A DNA stretch of 64,000 nt, from positions 38,273,191 through 38,337,190 of the forward strand of contig NC_057718.1 in the NCBI RefSeq assembly GCF_004010195.1, given 5' to 3'. Positions 51,886-64,000 of the stretch are shown here, piece by piece. Position numbers and translations under genes: made by a program. Within the stretch, counting starts at the first letter, position 1, and each line of letters starts with the position of its first letter. The DNA is from Chiloscyllium plagiosum (Eukaryota). Below the pieces are notes generated by a model. It was not told the DNA's origin. It was given only the letters and a program-made list of their open reading frames with translations, and made no database searches.

Positions 51886-53122
51886 GTAAGTGACCTCTTT
51901 TAACTAATGCTTAAGACAGTACAGTGAAATTGGTTGTTCATGCCCTTCCCTTCCACACTCGAGAAAACTGCGTTGCCTATTGAAGCACACATTGATGCTT
52001 CATTCAAATGTTCATGCTCTGTCACAGTATTATCAATCTCTTTAAAATTATTTTAAAAAGCTTTTTTGTGTTTGTTCTATCTTCCACTCTATTCCAAAAT
52101 AATTACACTTTGGAAGGGAAAACTTCAATGTCCCTCAAAATCGAGGGAACTACACATTGCTATCCCCATATTTCTTGGCTTAGAAATGTCTTGATTTTGA
52201 ATAGATTCATAGTTCAAAATGTACAAGCTAGCCAACAACGAGGAGGATAGTAATAGATTTGAGGAGACTGTTGAAATGGGCAGAACATGACCGGTGGAAC
52301 TTAGGCACAGAAAAGTGAAGTGATGAATTTTTGTAGGAAGACTGGAGTGAATGAAAATTAGTTGCATTATATAGTATTTTTAAAGACGGCGCAGGAGCCA
52401 AGAATTCTGGGTGTGTATTTACATATATCTTTTGAAGGTCAAGAAACAAGTTATGAAGGTAGATCTAAAACAGTATGAATATTTACAGCCAGCCCCTTGA
52501 CCTTACTATCTCACCTGGCTGTGCTACTTTCAACATTTTCGAGATAAGGTCATCTCTAATCATAATGGACCATTCTGTACCCATACCTCCCTACCCTATC
52601 TCAATTTTGTTGCCTTTGTACCTGCTCCTTGAAAACACTCGCCCTAACCCACATACAATTGCACTTTCAAAATCCCACAGTCTAATATTTGGTACTCACT
52701 TTCAGAGCTACAAATTTGCTCAACTCTGCCCTCACTTCTACCTTTGTCATAATCCAAACAGGAAACAATAATCTCTTTCACTAAGGCTGTTCCTCCAGGG
52801 CCTGTTGTTTTTGATCATCATTCTTGACTTTGCAAAGAGGTACTGGTGTGCAAAGTCTGAGGTTATTCCAAACCTTTATTTATTACTGGTTAAGTCTTAG
52901 CTCAAATAAAATGTCTGAGTGAATTCTGAACACCACACTTCACAAAGGATCTTCTACCTTTGAGATGGTACAGTAGAATCCACAGATGAACATACCTCCT
53001 GACTCCTCAAAGCCCGATGGATTAATTCCTATTTGCTTCGACAAGTGCAGCTCCAACAAGATTCTGGAAGATTAAAAACATCTAGAGACAAAGCACCCTA
53101 CTTGATTGGGACTCCATCTAAC

Positions 53123-53327
53123 TAGGTGAAGTCGCCATAGTCCAAGAGACCTTAGGGCTGTGCTCTCATTGGAGAGAGACAGCTGGTGATGAGTTTAACC
53201 TGAGGGTTAAACCTGAGGATATCCCAGACAAGGGGCAGGGTTGAGAAAGTGGGACCTTCGTAGTAATGTCAGCTCTTGGTATCATTCTGAATTGCACATC
53301 AGCTATTCAGCCAACTGAGCTAACCAA
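53123..53327 (-). mobile_element. tRNA-headed SINE nested in an older LINE tail
   Basis: Minus strand begins ggttagctcagttggctg (A-box-like). Interrupts LINE-like sequence at about 52985-53725. Confidence 0.5.
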
Positions 53328-55700
53328 GCTTTGTATTCCATTTAACATTTTCAGCATTCACTTAATCATTAACACACAGTAGCAGAAGTGTGAACTGCCC
53401 AAATGATGCATTTAAACGACTCATTTAAGGCATCTTGGATAGCTCCTTCCAAAGTTTGACTTCTGCTGACCAGAAAGACAAAATACTGATGTGTGGGAAT
53501 ACCACAAAATGCAAGTTCCGCTCAAAGCCACACACCACCCTGATTTGGAACTATGTTTCTGTACCTTCACCATCACTGGGTTGATTCAAGCATTCCTCCC
53601 CTATACTATAAGGACTGCAGCAGTTCAAGAAGGCAGTTCACCTTCACCTTTGTTTCCAAGATCACTTAGAGAAAACTGATAAATGTTGTCCAGCTAGTGA
53701 CTCCCACATCCTGTGAATGAATAGGGCAGTTGCCCTTATAGCAGAAAAGAATAAGAAAGCTAGAGATGTTCCAAATCATGAAGGGTTCTGAAAACAAAGA
53801 AAAGGAAGGACTTCTCAGTACCAGAAGGGACTGTAACCAGAAGATGCAGATGTAAAGTAATTTGTAAAGTTGAGCAAGAAAATGTTTTTACACAGTGAAT
53901 TATGATGGTTGGGGATGACCTTCTTGCAAGGGAGGTGAAGAAAAATCCAATAGTAACTTACAAAAGAGATTGAGTAAATACTTGAAAGGCAATTATTTGT
54001 GGGGCATTGGGAAAAGGACAGGGCTGGTGAATAATAGTTTCTCCCACGTTTTATTATTATATGATTCCACTGAGCTGTTCTGTTACACTGAAAAAGAAAT
54101 TGCCAGAACAACTGGGCAGCACTGGGTATACCTAAAAAATAAGGGGTCAACATGGTGAAGCTGCAAACCGGGGCCTCTGTATAAGCAGCAAGGGATAGAC
54201 AAAGCTAAGCGATTTCAAAGAATGAGATCTAGGCTCAGCAATCCTGCCATATCTCGTTGTGAATGGTGGTGGTCAGTCAAAAAACTCAGTGGAGGAGGCG
54301 GTCTACACTTATATCCCCATCCTCAATGGTGGGTGACCCCAGCAAGTCAGTGGAAAAGACAAGACTGAGGCATTTGTAACAATCTTCAGTCAGAAGTATT
54401 AAGTGGATGATCCTTTGGAAGTCCCCAAATTTCACAGATGCTAATCTTTCACATGGTGTCAAGAAATGGCTGATGACATAAGATGCTGCAAAGGCAATGG
54501 ACTATCATACTGAAGACTTGTGATCCAGAACTTGCAATACTCCGAGCCAGCCTGTTCCAGTATGCTATAACACTGGTAACTATTCAGTAATGGTGAAGGT
54601 TGCCCAGGTACGTCCTGTACACACAAAGCAGGATAAATCCAATCTCGAAGCCACTCACCATCCTGTTTTGGAACTATATATCTGTTCCTTCACTGTCAGT
54701 AACTCAAAAAATCCTGGAACCCTCTAAATACCTGTGCATCACCTAAAACTTACAGATTGCACAGTTAAAGCAGGCAGCTCACCCACACACACGGCAGTTA
54801 GGGATGGACAACATATGTAGCCATTGATGCCACAAGTAATTAATATTTGAACCACTACAAAATATTCCTTGTTACTTCGCTCAAATAATTGAGATAAGCA
54901 TGGAAATGTGAACCGTTTGATAAAATTAAACAAAATCTAACATCAGTGATTTCTTGGTGATGGAACAGGTATATGTTTGGAAGCGTACTTCAACTTTAAG
55001 TCAAGTATCAAGATTGCAAATTGTCTACTTCAGCCTTGGATAGTTATTCGGCAAAAGAGATCGACACTGTTCCCAGTATTTGGTGAAAATTTCTCCTCGT
55101 TCGCTATTGGATGCAAGACAAGCAATACAATGACTCATGGACATTTGAAGAGTCTGAGGGATAGTTGGTGATGTTGAGCTGGGAGTCTGCAATGTACATC
55201 TGGGAACTGTTGCAGTTCCAGCTGATGAAAACAAGGAGTAGCATATAAGAGTAGAAATAGGCGGGGACTCTGGATAAGTCTTTGGGATACCAAAAGTCAA
55301 AGCCAGCAGCACGAAGCAAAACCAGGACTAATGATATTCTGGCTTTGACGAGATAAGACCAACTTTGTGTTTGTTTGAGTATTCAGTTTTTCAATATCAG
55401 TGTTTTAAAATTAATCATGAAGATACTGACTTCGCGAAAGATTTTCAGTTAGTATTGGTTGCTGCTTGGGCTGCGTGAAGGTTGAATCTTATTGGAACTG
55501 GAATTACTTTTAAAATAAAAATAATTTCAAGGTTTGAAGTTTCATTTGAATTAGTGTTTCATATGGAATACTAATGATTATGACTAAATATGTTTATTAA
55601 ATTTTGAAATTTGGATCTTGCCAATACAATTTCAATCCACTAATCTTGTAGCAGTTTAACTGTTGTTTGGAAATACTGAAATGTGTACTTATTTTGTTAG

Positions 55701-55840
55701 GCGAATCAATATGGGGTTACGGTTTCAAGCAGCGATTCCAGTATTGCGAGAAAGGTCATTGGTTGAAAATGATATCTCCAAAGCAGACCTGGTGTGGAAG
55801 CCTTGGTGTGAACTGGAAGACCCAGAAATGCAACAAAAAG
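55701..55840 (+). CDS. TRERF1: TRERF1 exon, start of the ELM2 domain
   Basis: Acceptor ttttgttag. RINMGLRFQAAIP...ADLVWKPW is the ELM2 signature. Donor G|GTTTTG (weak, phase 1). Confidence 0.93.
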
Positions 55841-56576
55841 GTTTTGTGCCTCTTCAAATTTTGCAGTTTAGTCCATTACGTAGATGGTTTTATCAGAAAA
55901 GTTTATGCCTAATGTCCTACCTTTTACAACTTTATTTTCTACTTTCCACAACCATATGAAGACCCCACTAAGAATTTAATGATTGGTTATCAATGAATTT
56001 TCCTTTCAGCTTCAGATACTTGTGGTTCTGGACTACATTCAGCCAGTGATCCTTTCTTGGTCAGCATCCAGGACCCAATTGAGCACCAACTCTTTGGAGC
56101 CATTATCTGATATTTTAGAGACTGACATAATCTGACTCCTTGAATTTCCAATTGATGTAATGTTAAAATGTCTGTAGAGTTATGGTGAGACTGAAATGCT
56201 TTTATTTTCATTCGCACTTTCATTGCTTTTTAATATTTCATTTAAGAATCTTGAAATGGATTCAGATATCTCCAAATACATGCATTGTGTGACATGCATT
56301 TGAGCTAGACAGACCCAAGGCTCTTGGTCTTTGCTGTGGTGTGGCTGATCTCAGTGGGCAGGACAGTGCATTTATATCTTTTGGCCTGGGAGGAGAAAAA
56401 CACAATTGATTTCCTGCATCTAGTTCTGTCATTGATTGTTTGGTGTACGTAGTAGGTGGGAAGCCTTTGCCAAACACTTGGGTCCAGATTGTCTGATCAG
56501 GCCCATAAACCCAGTTTACAAACTTACAGGAAAAAGAAATGCACACTTTCCTTTGGAGTTTTCCACACAAATGTAG

Positions 56577-56935
56577 GGGTGGCACAGTGGCTCAGTGGTT
56601 AGCACTGCTGCCTTACATCAGCAGGAACCCGGGTTCAATTCCAGCCTCAGGTGATTGTCTGTCTGTGTGGAGTTTGCCACATTCCCCCCATGTCTGCGTG
56701 GGTTTCCTCTGGGTGCTTTGGTTTCCTTCCACAGTCCAGAGATGTGTAGGTTGAGCGAATTGGCCATGCTAAATTGCCCATAGTGTTTAGGGATGTGTAG
56801 GTTAAGTGCATTAGTCAAGGGGAAATGTAGAGTAATAGGGTAGGAGAATGGGTCTGGGTGGGATACTCTTTGGAGGGTTGGTGTGGACTTGTTGGGCCAA
56901 ATGGCCTGTTTCCACACTAGGGACTCTAAGATTCC
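56577..56935 (+). mobile_element. Full-length tRNA-derived V-SINE (HE1-like)
   Basis: A box TGGCTCAGTGG, B box GGTTCAATTCC, V-domain-like core tgtgtggagtttgc...gggtttcctc, and a 3' tail like the CR1/HER1 tails in this window. Confidence 0.85.
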
Positions 56936-57416
56936 ATGTCTGGGATCAGGAACTTCTCAGCTGAAGTCATGTAGACCAGAACAACAAGCCATGCAGCCAG
57001 CAGTGAAAAGGATCATTGTTGAAAACACACCTCTTTCAACATTGCCTACTACATTCCAAGATTTTAAGTCCTGAAGTCACTGATACCTACTGAGACGTAC
57101 AAAGCATGCAAGGGAAATGGACAAAGGCTTAGGGAGGCACAAAGATGTTGAGGTAAGATGCCAGGTAAGTAGCTGAGGGTTTATGATAGCTTTGGGAGGG
57201 ATGGGGTGAGTGTAGGTCTGGATGAAAGGGTGGTGGGGGGAATTAGATAGGGGAGAGTGGGTTGTGGATCAGCTGATGGTTGGTGAGCAGTGGGTTAGGA
57301 CAATGGGTTGGGCCCTGTACTGTCCAGTCACATCAAGTCTGAGGTGGGTTTGTGTTGGTGGTCTTGGTTATCCAGGTGGTTTGAGGAGGGGGTTAGCTCA
57401 ATGATTATGGAAGATC

Positions 57417-57682
57417 CTGAAGAAGGTTCCTGAAACAGGCCATTTGGCGCAACAAGTCCACACCAACCCTCCAAAGAGTATCCCACCCAGACCCATTCTC
57501 CTACCCTATTAGTCTACATTTCCCCTTGACTTACGCACTTAACCAACACATCCCTGAAGAAGGGCTCATGCCTGAAACGTCGATTCTCCTGCTCCTTGGA
57601 TGCTGCCCGACCTGCTGCGCTTTTCCAGCAACACATTTTCAGCTCTTATCTCCAGCATCTGCAGTCCTCACTTTCTCCTAAA
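57417..57682 (+). mobile_element. Chimeric insertion: inverted SINE tail plus PLE terminal unit with HHR
   Basis: 14-bp TSD gattatggaagatc at 57403-57416 and 57683-57696. HHR core CTGAAGA-AGGGCTCATGCCT-GAAACGTC at 57554-57581. Confidence 0.85.
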
Positions 57683-58806
57683 GATTATGGAAGATCAGTC
57701 CAGCACAGGTTGGACTCAGAGAGGGTGTGTGAAACTTTGGGCAGGGGGGTGGTGGGGCAGAAAGGAAACTGGTTGCCAAAAGAGAAAATGCTGGAAAATC
57801 TGAGCAGGTCTGGCAGCATCTGTGAGGAGAGAAAAGATTTGACGTTTCGAGTCTAACTGACCCTTTGTCAAAACTGGTTGCATCTGGCTGATGGTGATGG
57901 AGACATGTAGGCTTGGATTGAGTGGATTCACTGGTGTTGAGGAATGATGAGTTGGTCATTGCGGGATCAGTTTTACAGCTAGCTTGGAGTCAGCAGTTTT
58001 TAAACCCTCTAGGTTTTTCTGCTTAACTGCAGTACATTGGGCAGCAGTCTGAAAGCTAGTGCTTCAAATAAACCTGTTGGACTATAACCTGGTGTCGTGT
58101 GACTTTTAACTTGGTAAATTGGTCATTTTCCTGTAAAATCTCTGACTTTAAGTCAAAGTCGGACCTTTGTCGGAAGGTTCCAAATAACTGTCTGTCGGAA
58201 GTTTCAACTTTCCATGCAGTTCCCGCATAGTCAGTGCATTGGAATTTACATGTGGTCCCTGCCCACGTCTTCCAACATTCTGAAGACCGAAAGTTCTTAA
58301 CATCTCCCAAATATTGGCAAATAAGCAAAGTCATGAAAATTAATTGTTGGTTGCAAAACATTTAAATTGCTAGTGGTTCATCAATTGAACACACTGGCAA
58401 TTTTTAGTGTAGATGAGTTTTTAGGATTCTGCTACAGTTCCATTGTTTTTAAAGAAAGCACTCAAGTTATATTTTTGTCTTGTACTTGCAGACAAAAAAA
58501 ATCTTTCCTTTACATATTGCTTTTGCTTCCTTGAAATATTCTGAATTCCCTCATGGATGTTGAAGTATTTTCAAAGATGTTGTGCAGGCAAACACACCAA
58601 GTTATTCACAATTAATCCAACAGACCCCAATTCAATAAAAAAAAGCTATATGTTCTACTGTTCATTAAGGAATCATTGTAGACCACAAAAAATTCTCCTG
58701 TGCTTTTAATCATGACATGAAATCTTGGATTATTTGATATTGTTTATGAAGTTAATGAAAAAAATCGAAACTTTTATATAAAACTTGATTTTATACTTTT
58801 TTACAG

Positions 58807-58910
58807 TGGAAGACCTGCTGAACATGGCTTGCTCTAGTGTGGTACCAGGTGGTGGGACAAATCGAGAACTTGCTCTCCATTGTCTTTCTGAGGCACATGG
58901 TAACATTTTG
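58807..58910 (+). CDS. TRERF1: TRERF1 exon, ELM2 domain
   Basis: Acceptor tttttacag. Encodes VEDLLNMACSSVVPGGGTNRELALHCLSEAHGNIL. Donor GTAAGT. Confidence 0.95.
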
Positions 58911-60189
58911 GTAAGTGTGACATTAAAACTTGTTTACAGCTTGTACAACACACATTTTCTTTTGAATTGTTTTGAAGTGCACCGATAACAAGTGGAAGAT
59001 AAAGATTGTCGTGGATCTGGATTTTAATACATTTTATCATTGTTGCTCATGAGAATCACAGCTTCTGTTTCATTTTGTAAGAACCAAGTATTTTCAATCA
59101 CATCTTCTTTATAACTGTGGTGCTAGTTTGTTCATAAATATACCATTGTTGAAGGTCTTCAAATGAAACATTACACATTTCTGTTTTGTGGATTTTGAAA
59201 ATTAAGAAATATTTATGTTTTAATAACTGTAGAAGTGATTTCTTATGCTAAGGAACAACCTTGCGGAAAATAATTTAATTTCATCTTTTTATGCACTGTA
59301 TCGATAACAGGAAAAAAGGCAATTTTGGAAAGTAATAAACTAAATAGGTTGGAAAGGTGTTACGTTGTTAAGCATTTGCAAAGGTTAATGTTTTGTTGTG
59401 TGACTTTTTCTTTCCTTAGTATAGCCTACTAAATAGAGGTTAAGAGAACATTGATGGTTGTAATCCACACAATCAAACCACTTTATCTTATCTCTACACA
59501 GTAAAATATCAGGTATTGATAAATAATGATAAGAATTAGGAAATGGAAAAGAAACCGAAACTCAATAAACCACCTAGATGTCTTTTTCTCTGTCAACATT
59601 ATTCAGAAATGGTGTACAGTGCTTTGGCTACATCTGTCTTTTTCTTGTAAGCACTGTCAGTTTAGCTGCTGAATTTAAATGTGTTTTGTGTTATAAGTTC
59701 TATGGAAGATAGCAAAATTTTAAAGATGTTGTTATTTTGTGTACAATTTCTGATGACATCTCAAACAAAACAATTTAGCACTAATTGTACAACTTCCATG
59801 AATGAATAATTGGCTTAACCCCTTCATTTATGTAATGACTGATTCGTCTAATTCTGTCCACATGTATGATGTCTGCAAAAGAGGCTGTGTGAGATTGATG
59901 AACGATATGTTATATGACTGAAACCAATTATCAAATTTTTCTGATTTTGTACTTTGGAGATTTAAAGTTTATTACAGGGAAGTAAATTCTTTACAAAGTT
60001 TCATTTGAGTATAGCACAAAAGAGTGTAACTAAATGTATCGTGCCAAAATTTACAATCAGGAAAAACAGAATGGAGTTGTCAATAAATATGAAGAATGTT
60101 GTGCTTTCCTGTTCTGTTTCTCTTGCAAATTGTGGCCCTTCAGGATGTTGTGAAAATATTGAATGTCTTTCTGTTTCCTTTTATGGTAG

Positions 60190-60265
60190 GTGGCTGTGGA
60201 TATTTTACTGATGAAGATGCCTATTAAAGCCAAACCTCATCCACTGGCTGATTATCACTATGCTG
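60190..60265 (+). CDS. TRERF1: TRERF1 exon, ELM2-SANT linker
   Basis: Acceptor ...ttttatggtag. Encodes VAVDILLMKMPIKAKPHPLADYHYA-G (recalled human HPLANYHYAG). Donor G|GTATGT. The next (SANT) exon was not found in the window. Confidence 0.93.
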
Positions 60266-60304
60266 GTATGTAAAATCTTGACACACACAAGTTTTTTAAA
60301 AAAA

Positions 60305-62205
60305 TCATTGGATAGGGTCAAAAAGCACGGAAAGAAATCCTTTGTTCCAATCAGTCTATGCTGACTGTAATCCATGCTAAACTGCCTGCATTTGGCCCAT
60401 ATCCCTCCAAACATTTCTTATCCATGTACTGATCTAAATGTCTTTCAATTGTTGTAACAATATCTGCACCCACCATTACTTATGGCTACACGACTCACTC
60501 TGTCTTTAAAAATATGCGCCCTAGTCTTTAAATCCCCCACTCTGGGGAAAGGACTAAGACGATTAACTCTATCTATACCTCTCGTTATTTTGTAAACCTC
60601 TATTAAGAGAATCTGTTAACCTCCTATGTGCCAGTGAAAAATTCCCACCCTAAACAGCCTCTCTTTATAAATCAATCCCTCCACTCTGGCAACATCCTGA
60701 TAAATCACTTCTGAACCCCCTCCAGATGAATAATACCTTCCGATAACATGGAGACCAGAACTGGACACAGTACTCCGGAAGAGGCCTCACCAATATCCTG
60801 TACAACCTCAGCAGAAATCCCAACTCCTTTAGCAGGAAAATTGACATTTCAGGCCAGAGCTCTTCGTCAGGAATGAGGCTGGGAGCTTTTGGGTGGAGAG
60901 ATAAATGGGAGCAGGGTGGGGCTAGAGAGAAGGTAGCTGAGAGTGCACTAGGTGGATGGAGGTGGGGGTAAAGGTAATAGGTCAGAGGAGGGTGGAGCAG
61001 ATAGGTGGGAAGGAAGATTGACAGGTGGGACAGGTCATGAGGGTGGTGCTGGGGTAAAGTCGGGGAGGGGAAAGTTTGGAACTGGGGTAAGGTCGGGGAG
61101 GGGAAATGAGGAAACTGGTGAAGTCCACATTGATGCCCTGGGGTTGAAGGCTCCCGAGGCGGAAGATAAGGTTTGCTTCCTCCAAGCGTCGGGTGGTGAG
61201 GGAGTGGCGATGGAGGAGGCCCAGGACCTGCATGTCCTTGGCAGAGTGGGAGGGGGAGTTGAAATGTTCGGCCATGGGTTGGTGGGGTTGCTTGGTGTGA
61301 GTGTCCTGGAGATCTTCTCTAAAGCGCTCTGCGGGAAGGCGTCCTGTCTCCCCAATGTAGAGGAGATTGCATCGGGAGCAATGGACACAATAAATGACGT
61401 GCTGAAGTGCAGATGAACATTTCAGAGTAGTTTAGAGAACATCTCTGGGACACCTGCACCAATCAACTCTACCACCCCATGGCTGAACATTTCAACTTCC
61501 CCTCCATGCAGGTCCTGGGTCTCCTCCATCGCCACTCCCTCACCACCTGACGCCTGGAGGAAGTATGCCTTATCTTCCGCCTATGGGCCCTTCAACCCCA
61601 GGATGACAATGTGGACTTCACCAGTTTCCTCATTTCCCCTCCCCGACCTTATCCCAGTTCCAACCTTCCAGCTCAGCACCATCCTCATGACCTGTCCCAC
61701 CTGTCAATCTTCCTTCCCACCTATCCACTCCACCCTCCTCTCCGACCTATGACCTTTACCCCCAACTCCATCCACCTATCCGCTCCACCCTCCTCTCCGA
61801 CCTATGACCCCCGAGACTGCCAGCCTCATTGCTGACGAAAGGCTCCGGCCTGAAACGTAGATTTTTTTTTGCTGCTTGACCTGCTGTGCTTTTCCAGCAT
61901 CTGCAGACCTCACTGTCCCCCAACTCCTTTACTCAGTGGTCTCAACAATAAAGGCAAGCATGTGAAATGCTGCCTTAACCACCCTGTCTATGTGTGATGC
62001 AAACTTCAAAGAATTATGTACCTGAACTCCTAAATCTCCCTCTCTTCTACAACACTACCCAAGGCCCTACTTTTAATTTTATAAGTATTGCCTTTGTTTT
62101 GTTTTACCAAAATGCAATACTTCACATTTATCCAAATTAAACTCCATTTGCCACTCTTTAGTCCATTGACCCGATTGATCAAGATCTCGTTGGAATCTTA
62201 GATAA
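60305..62205 (-). mobile_element. CR1/HER1-like fragment split by the PLE at 60832-61918
   Basis: LRLYRILVRPLPEYCVQFWSPCYRK. Sequence resumes after the TSD. Confidence 0.85.
60832..61918. mobile_element. Penelope-like element, inverted arrangement, inserted in a CR1 copy
   Basis: Minus arm encodes an open GIY-YIG frame (VIYCVHCSRCNLLYIGETGR...RRLEEANLIFRLGSLQPQGINVDF). Plus arm about 61430-61918. 13-bp TSD cccaactccttta at 60819-60831 and 61919-61931. HHR-like motifs at about 60841-60873 (-) and 61829-61862 (+). Confidence 0.88.
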
Positions 62206-62214
62206 CTTTATAAG

Positions 62215-62550
62215 AGTGTCATTGGCTAGGCCAGCAGTTATTGCCCATCCCTAATTGCTCAGAGGTTCAGTTAAGAGTTAGCCACATTGTTGTGGTGTGG
62301 AGTTGCATGTAGTCCAGACCAGATAAAGCTGGCAGTTTCTTTCCCTGAAAGAACATAATTGAACCAGATGGGTTTTTTTCCTGACAATTGATTTTATAGT
62401 TGTCATTTAGACACTCAATTCCAGATTTTTATTGAATTCAGATTCCGCTATCTGCCTTGGTGGGATTCAAACCCAGGTCTCGAGAACATTACCTATCCAG
62501 GATTAACAGTCTAGCAATAATACCATAGGGAAGGCCATTACCTTCTCTAT
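62215..62550 (-). mobile_element. tRNA-derived SINE, same family as 6700-7035
   Basis: Shared blocks such as ggagttgcatgtagtccagaccagata and attccagatttttattgaattca. Confidence 0.65.
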
Positions 62551-62684
62551 GATTTTATATGTCTTGAGATCTGCATTCAAACTTTAATGTTAACTGTTTC
62601 CCTCTCCACCAATGTTGACAGACTTAGTGAATATTCCCCCTATTTTCTGTTTCTCTTGTACAATGGTTATGTTTCCTGCTCTTT

Positions 62685-62905
62685 TTCAAAATCATGTCAT
62701 GGGATTTTTGTACATCCTCCTAAGAGAGAACAAGAAGCATCAGTCTAACATCTTATTGAAAGATTGCACCTCTGACAGTGCAGCACATTCTCAGTACTGC
62801 ACTGGAGGGTTGGCCTTGTTTTTACACTCAAATCTCTAGAATGGAGGTGAACCCACAACCTTCTAACTTGAGTGACAAGACTAATACTAACTCGGCTTTA
62901 GCTGA
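62685..62905 (-). mobile_element. Deu-domain SINE (SacSINE1/AmnSINE1-like)
   Basis: Minus strand ccagtgcagtactgagaatgtgctgcactgtcagaggtgc resembles the recalled Deu core. A downstream Deu-like half also lies at about 13240-13385 (+). Confidence 0.6.
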
Positions 62906-62959
62906 CGGTAATACACAGATTACTACAATAGTCAGTAAGAAATTGAGAAGTTATCTGTA

Positions 62960-63640
62960 AGAATAATAGGGTGGTTATAGTAGGAGATTTTAACTTTCCA
63001 AACATAGACTGGGACTGCTGTAATGTTAAGGGTTTAGATGGAGAGGAATTTGTGTGTACAAGAACATTTTCTGAATCAGTATGTGTATGTACCTACTAGA
63101 AAAGGTGCAAAACTTTACCTAGTCCTGGAAATAAGGCAGAGTAAGTGACTGACATGTCAGTGGGGGAGCACTTTGGGAGCAGTGACCATAATTCTATTAA
63201 TTTTAAAATAGCGATGGAAAAGGATAGATGGAATCTGAAAGTTAAAGTTCTCAATTGGAGGAACGTTAATTTTAACGGTATTAAGCAAGATCTTTGAAAA
63301 GTTGATTGGGAGTGGATGTTTGCAGGTAAAGGGATGGCTAGAAAACGGAAGCCTTCAAAAATGAGATAGAGTCCAGAGGCAGTATATTCCTGTTCGGGGG
63401 AAGGGCAAGGCTGGTAGGTGTCCGGAATGCTGGATGACCAGAGAAGTTGAGGTTTTGATTAAAAAAAAGGAAGCATATGTCAGGTATAGACTGGATAGTT
63501 CGAGTAAATCCTTAGAGTATAAAGGCAGTAGGAGTATACTCAAGAAGGAAATCAGGAGGGCAGAAAGGGAACAGAAGATAGCTTTGGCAAATAGGGTTAA
63601 GGAGAATCCAAATGGTTTTTATAAATACATTCAGGACAAA
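62960..63640 (+). mobile_element. CR1 ORF2 endonuclease/linker remnant
   Basis: gtaggagattttaactttccaaacatagactgg (VGDFNFPNIDW), agtgaccat (SDH), and KKEIRRAE...KENPNGFYKYI. Confidence 0.8.
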
Positions 63641-63707
63641 AGTCAAAACAACAGCAGTTTTAAAAGGGAGAAGAGCAGACAAAGGAAGCACATGGTGAGG
63701 GCATTGC

Positions 63708-63737
63708 AAGAGAGAGAGAGAGAGAAAGAGAGAGAGA
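63708..63737 (+). repeat. (GA)n microsatellite within an unidentified, possibly LTR-like segment running to the window end
   Basis: agagagagagagagagaaagagagagaga. The CR1 similarity ends abruptly at about 63640. Confidence 0.7.
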
Positions 63738-64000
63738 ACCTGCACAGTTACCGCCTTTGCTGTTTGAATTCTTGTATCGCTGGACATCGGAGTGCATCTG
63801 AGAAAAGTAACAAACAGTGAAATCCACAACTAATCTTGGAGGAACTGTTGGGCGAAGTACACAGCACAGAATCAGATATTGATTGTTGTTGTTTCAAGTC
63901 TGTACAAGAGAAAGGCTGCAGTAGTGAATACAGTGGGTTCTGTCTTGATTATATGTTTTTGGAGATAAGTCTCTTGATTAAACTTAAAATATAAGCCATA

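Noticed and set aside
56577..56650. tRNA gene
   Set aside because: The A/B boxes belong to a SINE head that continues into a V-domain and LINE tail.
22400..60265. Paralogue assignment to MIDEAS/ELMSAN1 or ZNF541
   Set aside because: MGDQxLYKTNH, LHKLDSFTQVF and TPGPGEQTVD fit remembered TRERF1. A reciprocal BLAST would confirm.
1..64000. CRISPR arrays, operons or prokaryotic defence systems
   Set aside because: No regularly spaced repeat-spacer array. The sequence is intron-containing vertebrate DNA, and most short ORFs are repeat-derived or random.

Overview
Eukaryotic, AT-rich, repeat-dense genomic DNA, most likely from a shark or other elasmobranch (inferred from HE1/V-SINE-like and HER1/CR1-like repeats). 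One + strand gene spans the window: TRERF1, recognised from remembered similarity to the human protein. Nine coding exons (22400-60265) splice in phase at canonical GT-AG sites into 857 uninterrupted codons: Q-rich N-terminus, C2H2 zinc finger, [18 protein letters not shown] motif and ELM2 domain. The SANT and C-terminal exons lie beyond the window. Introns hold CR1/HER1, L2, Rex1-like, SINE and Penelope-like element (PLE) remnants. The most notable non-genic signal is a dense set of minimal type-I hammerhead ribozyme (HHR) motifs in PLE ends, from several families. These include TSD-flanked fold-back insertions, two identical intact HHR cores in a 253-bp inverted repeat, a 96-bp HHR-bearing insertion, and a chimeric insertion that appears to copy a neighbouring SINE. 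Repeat boundaries are approximate unless a TSD is given. Family names come from recognition, not database searches.
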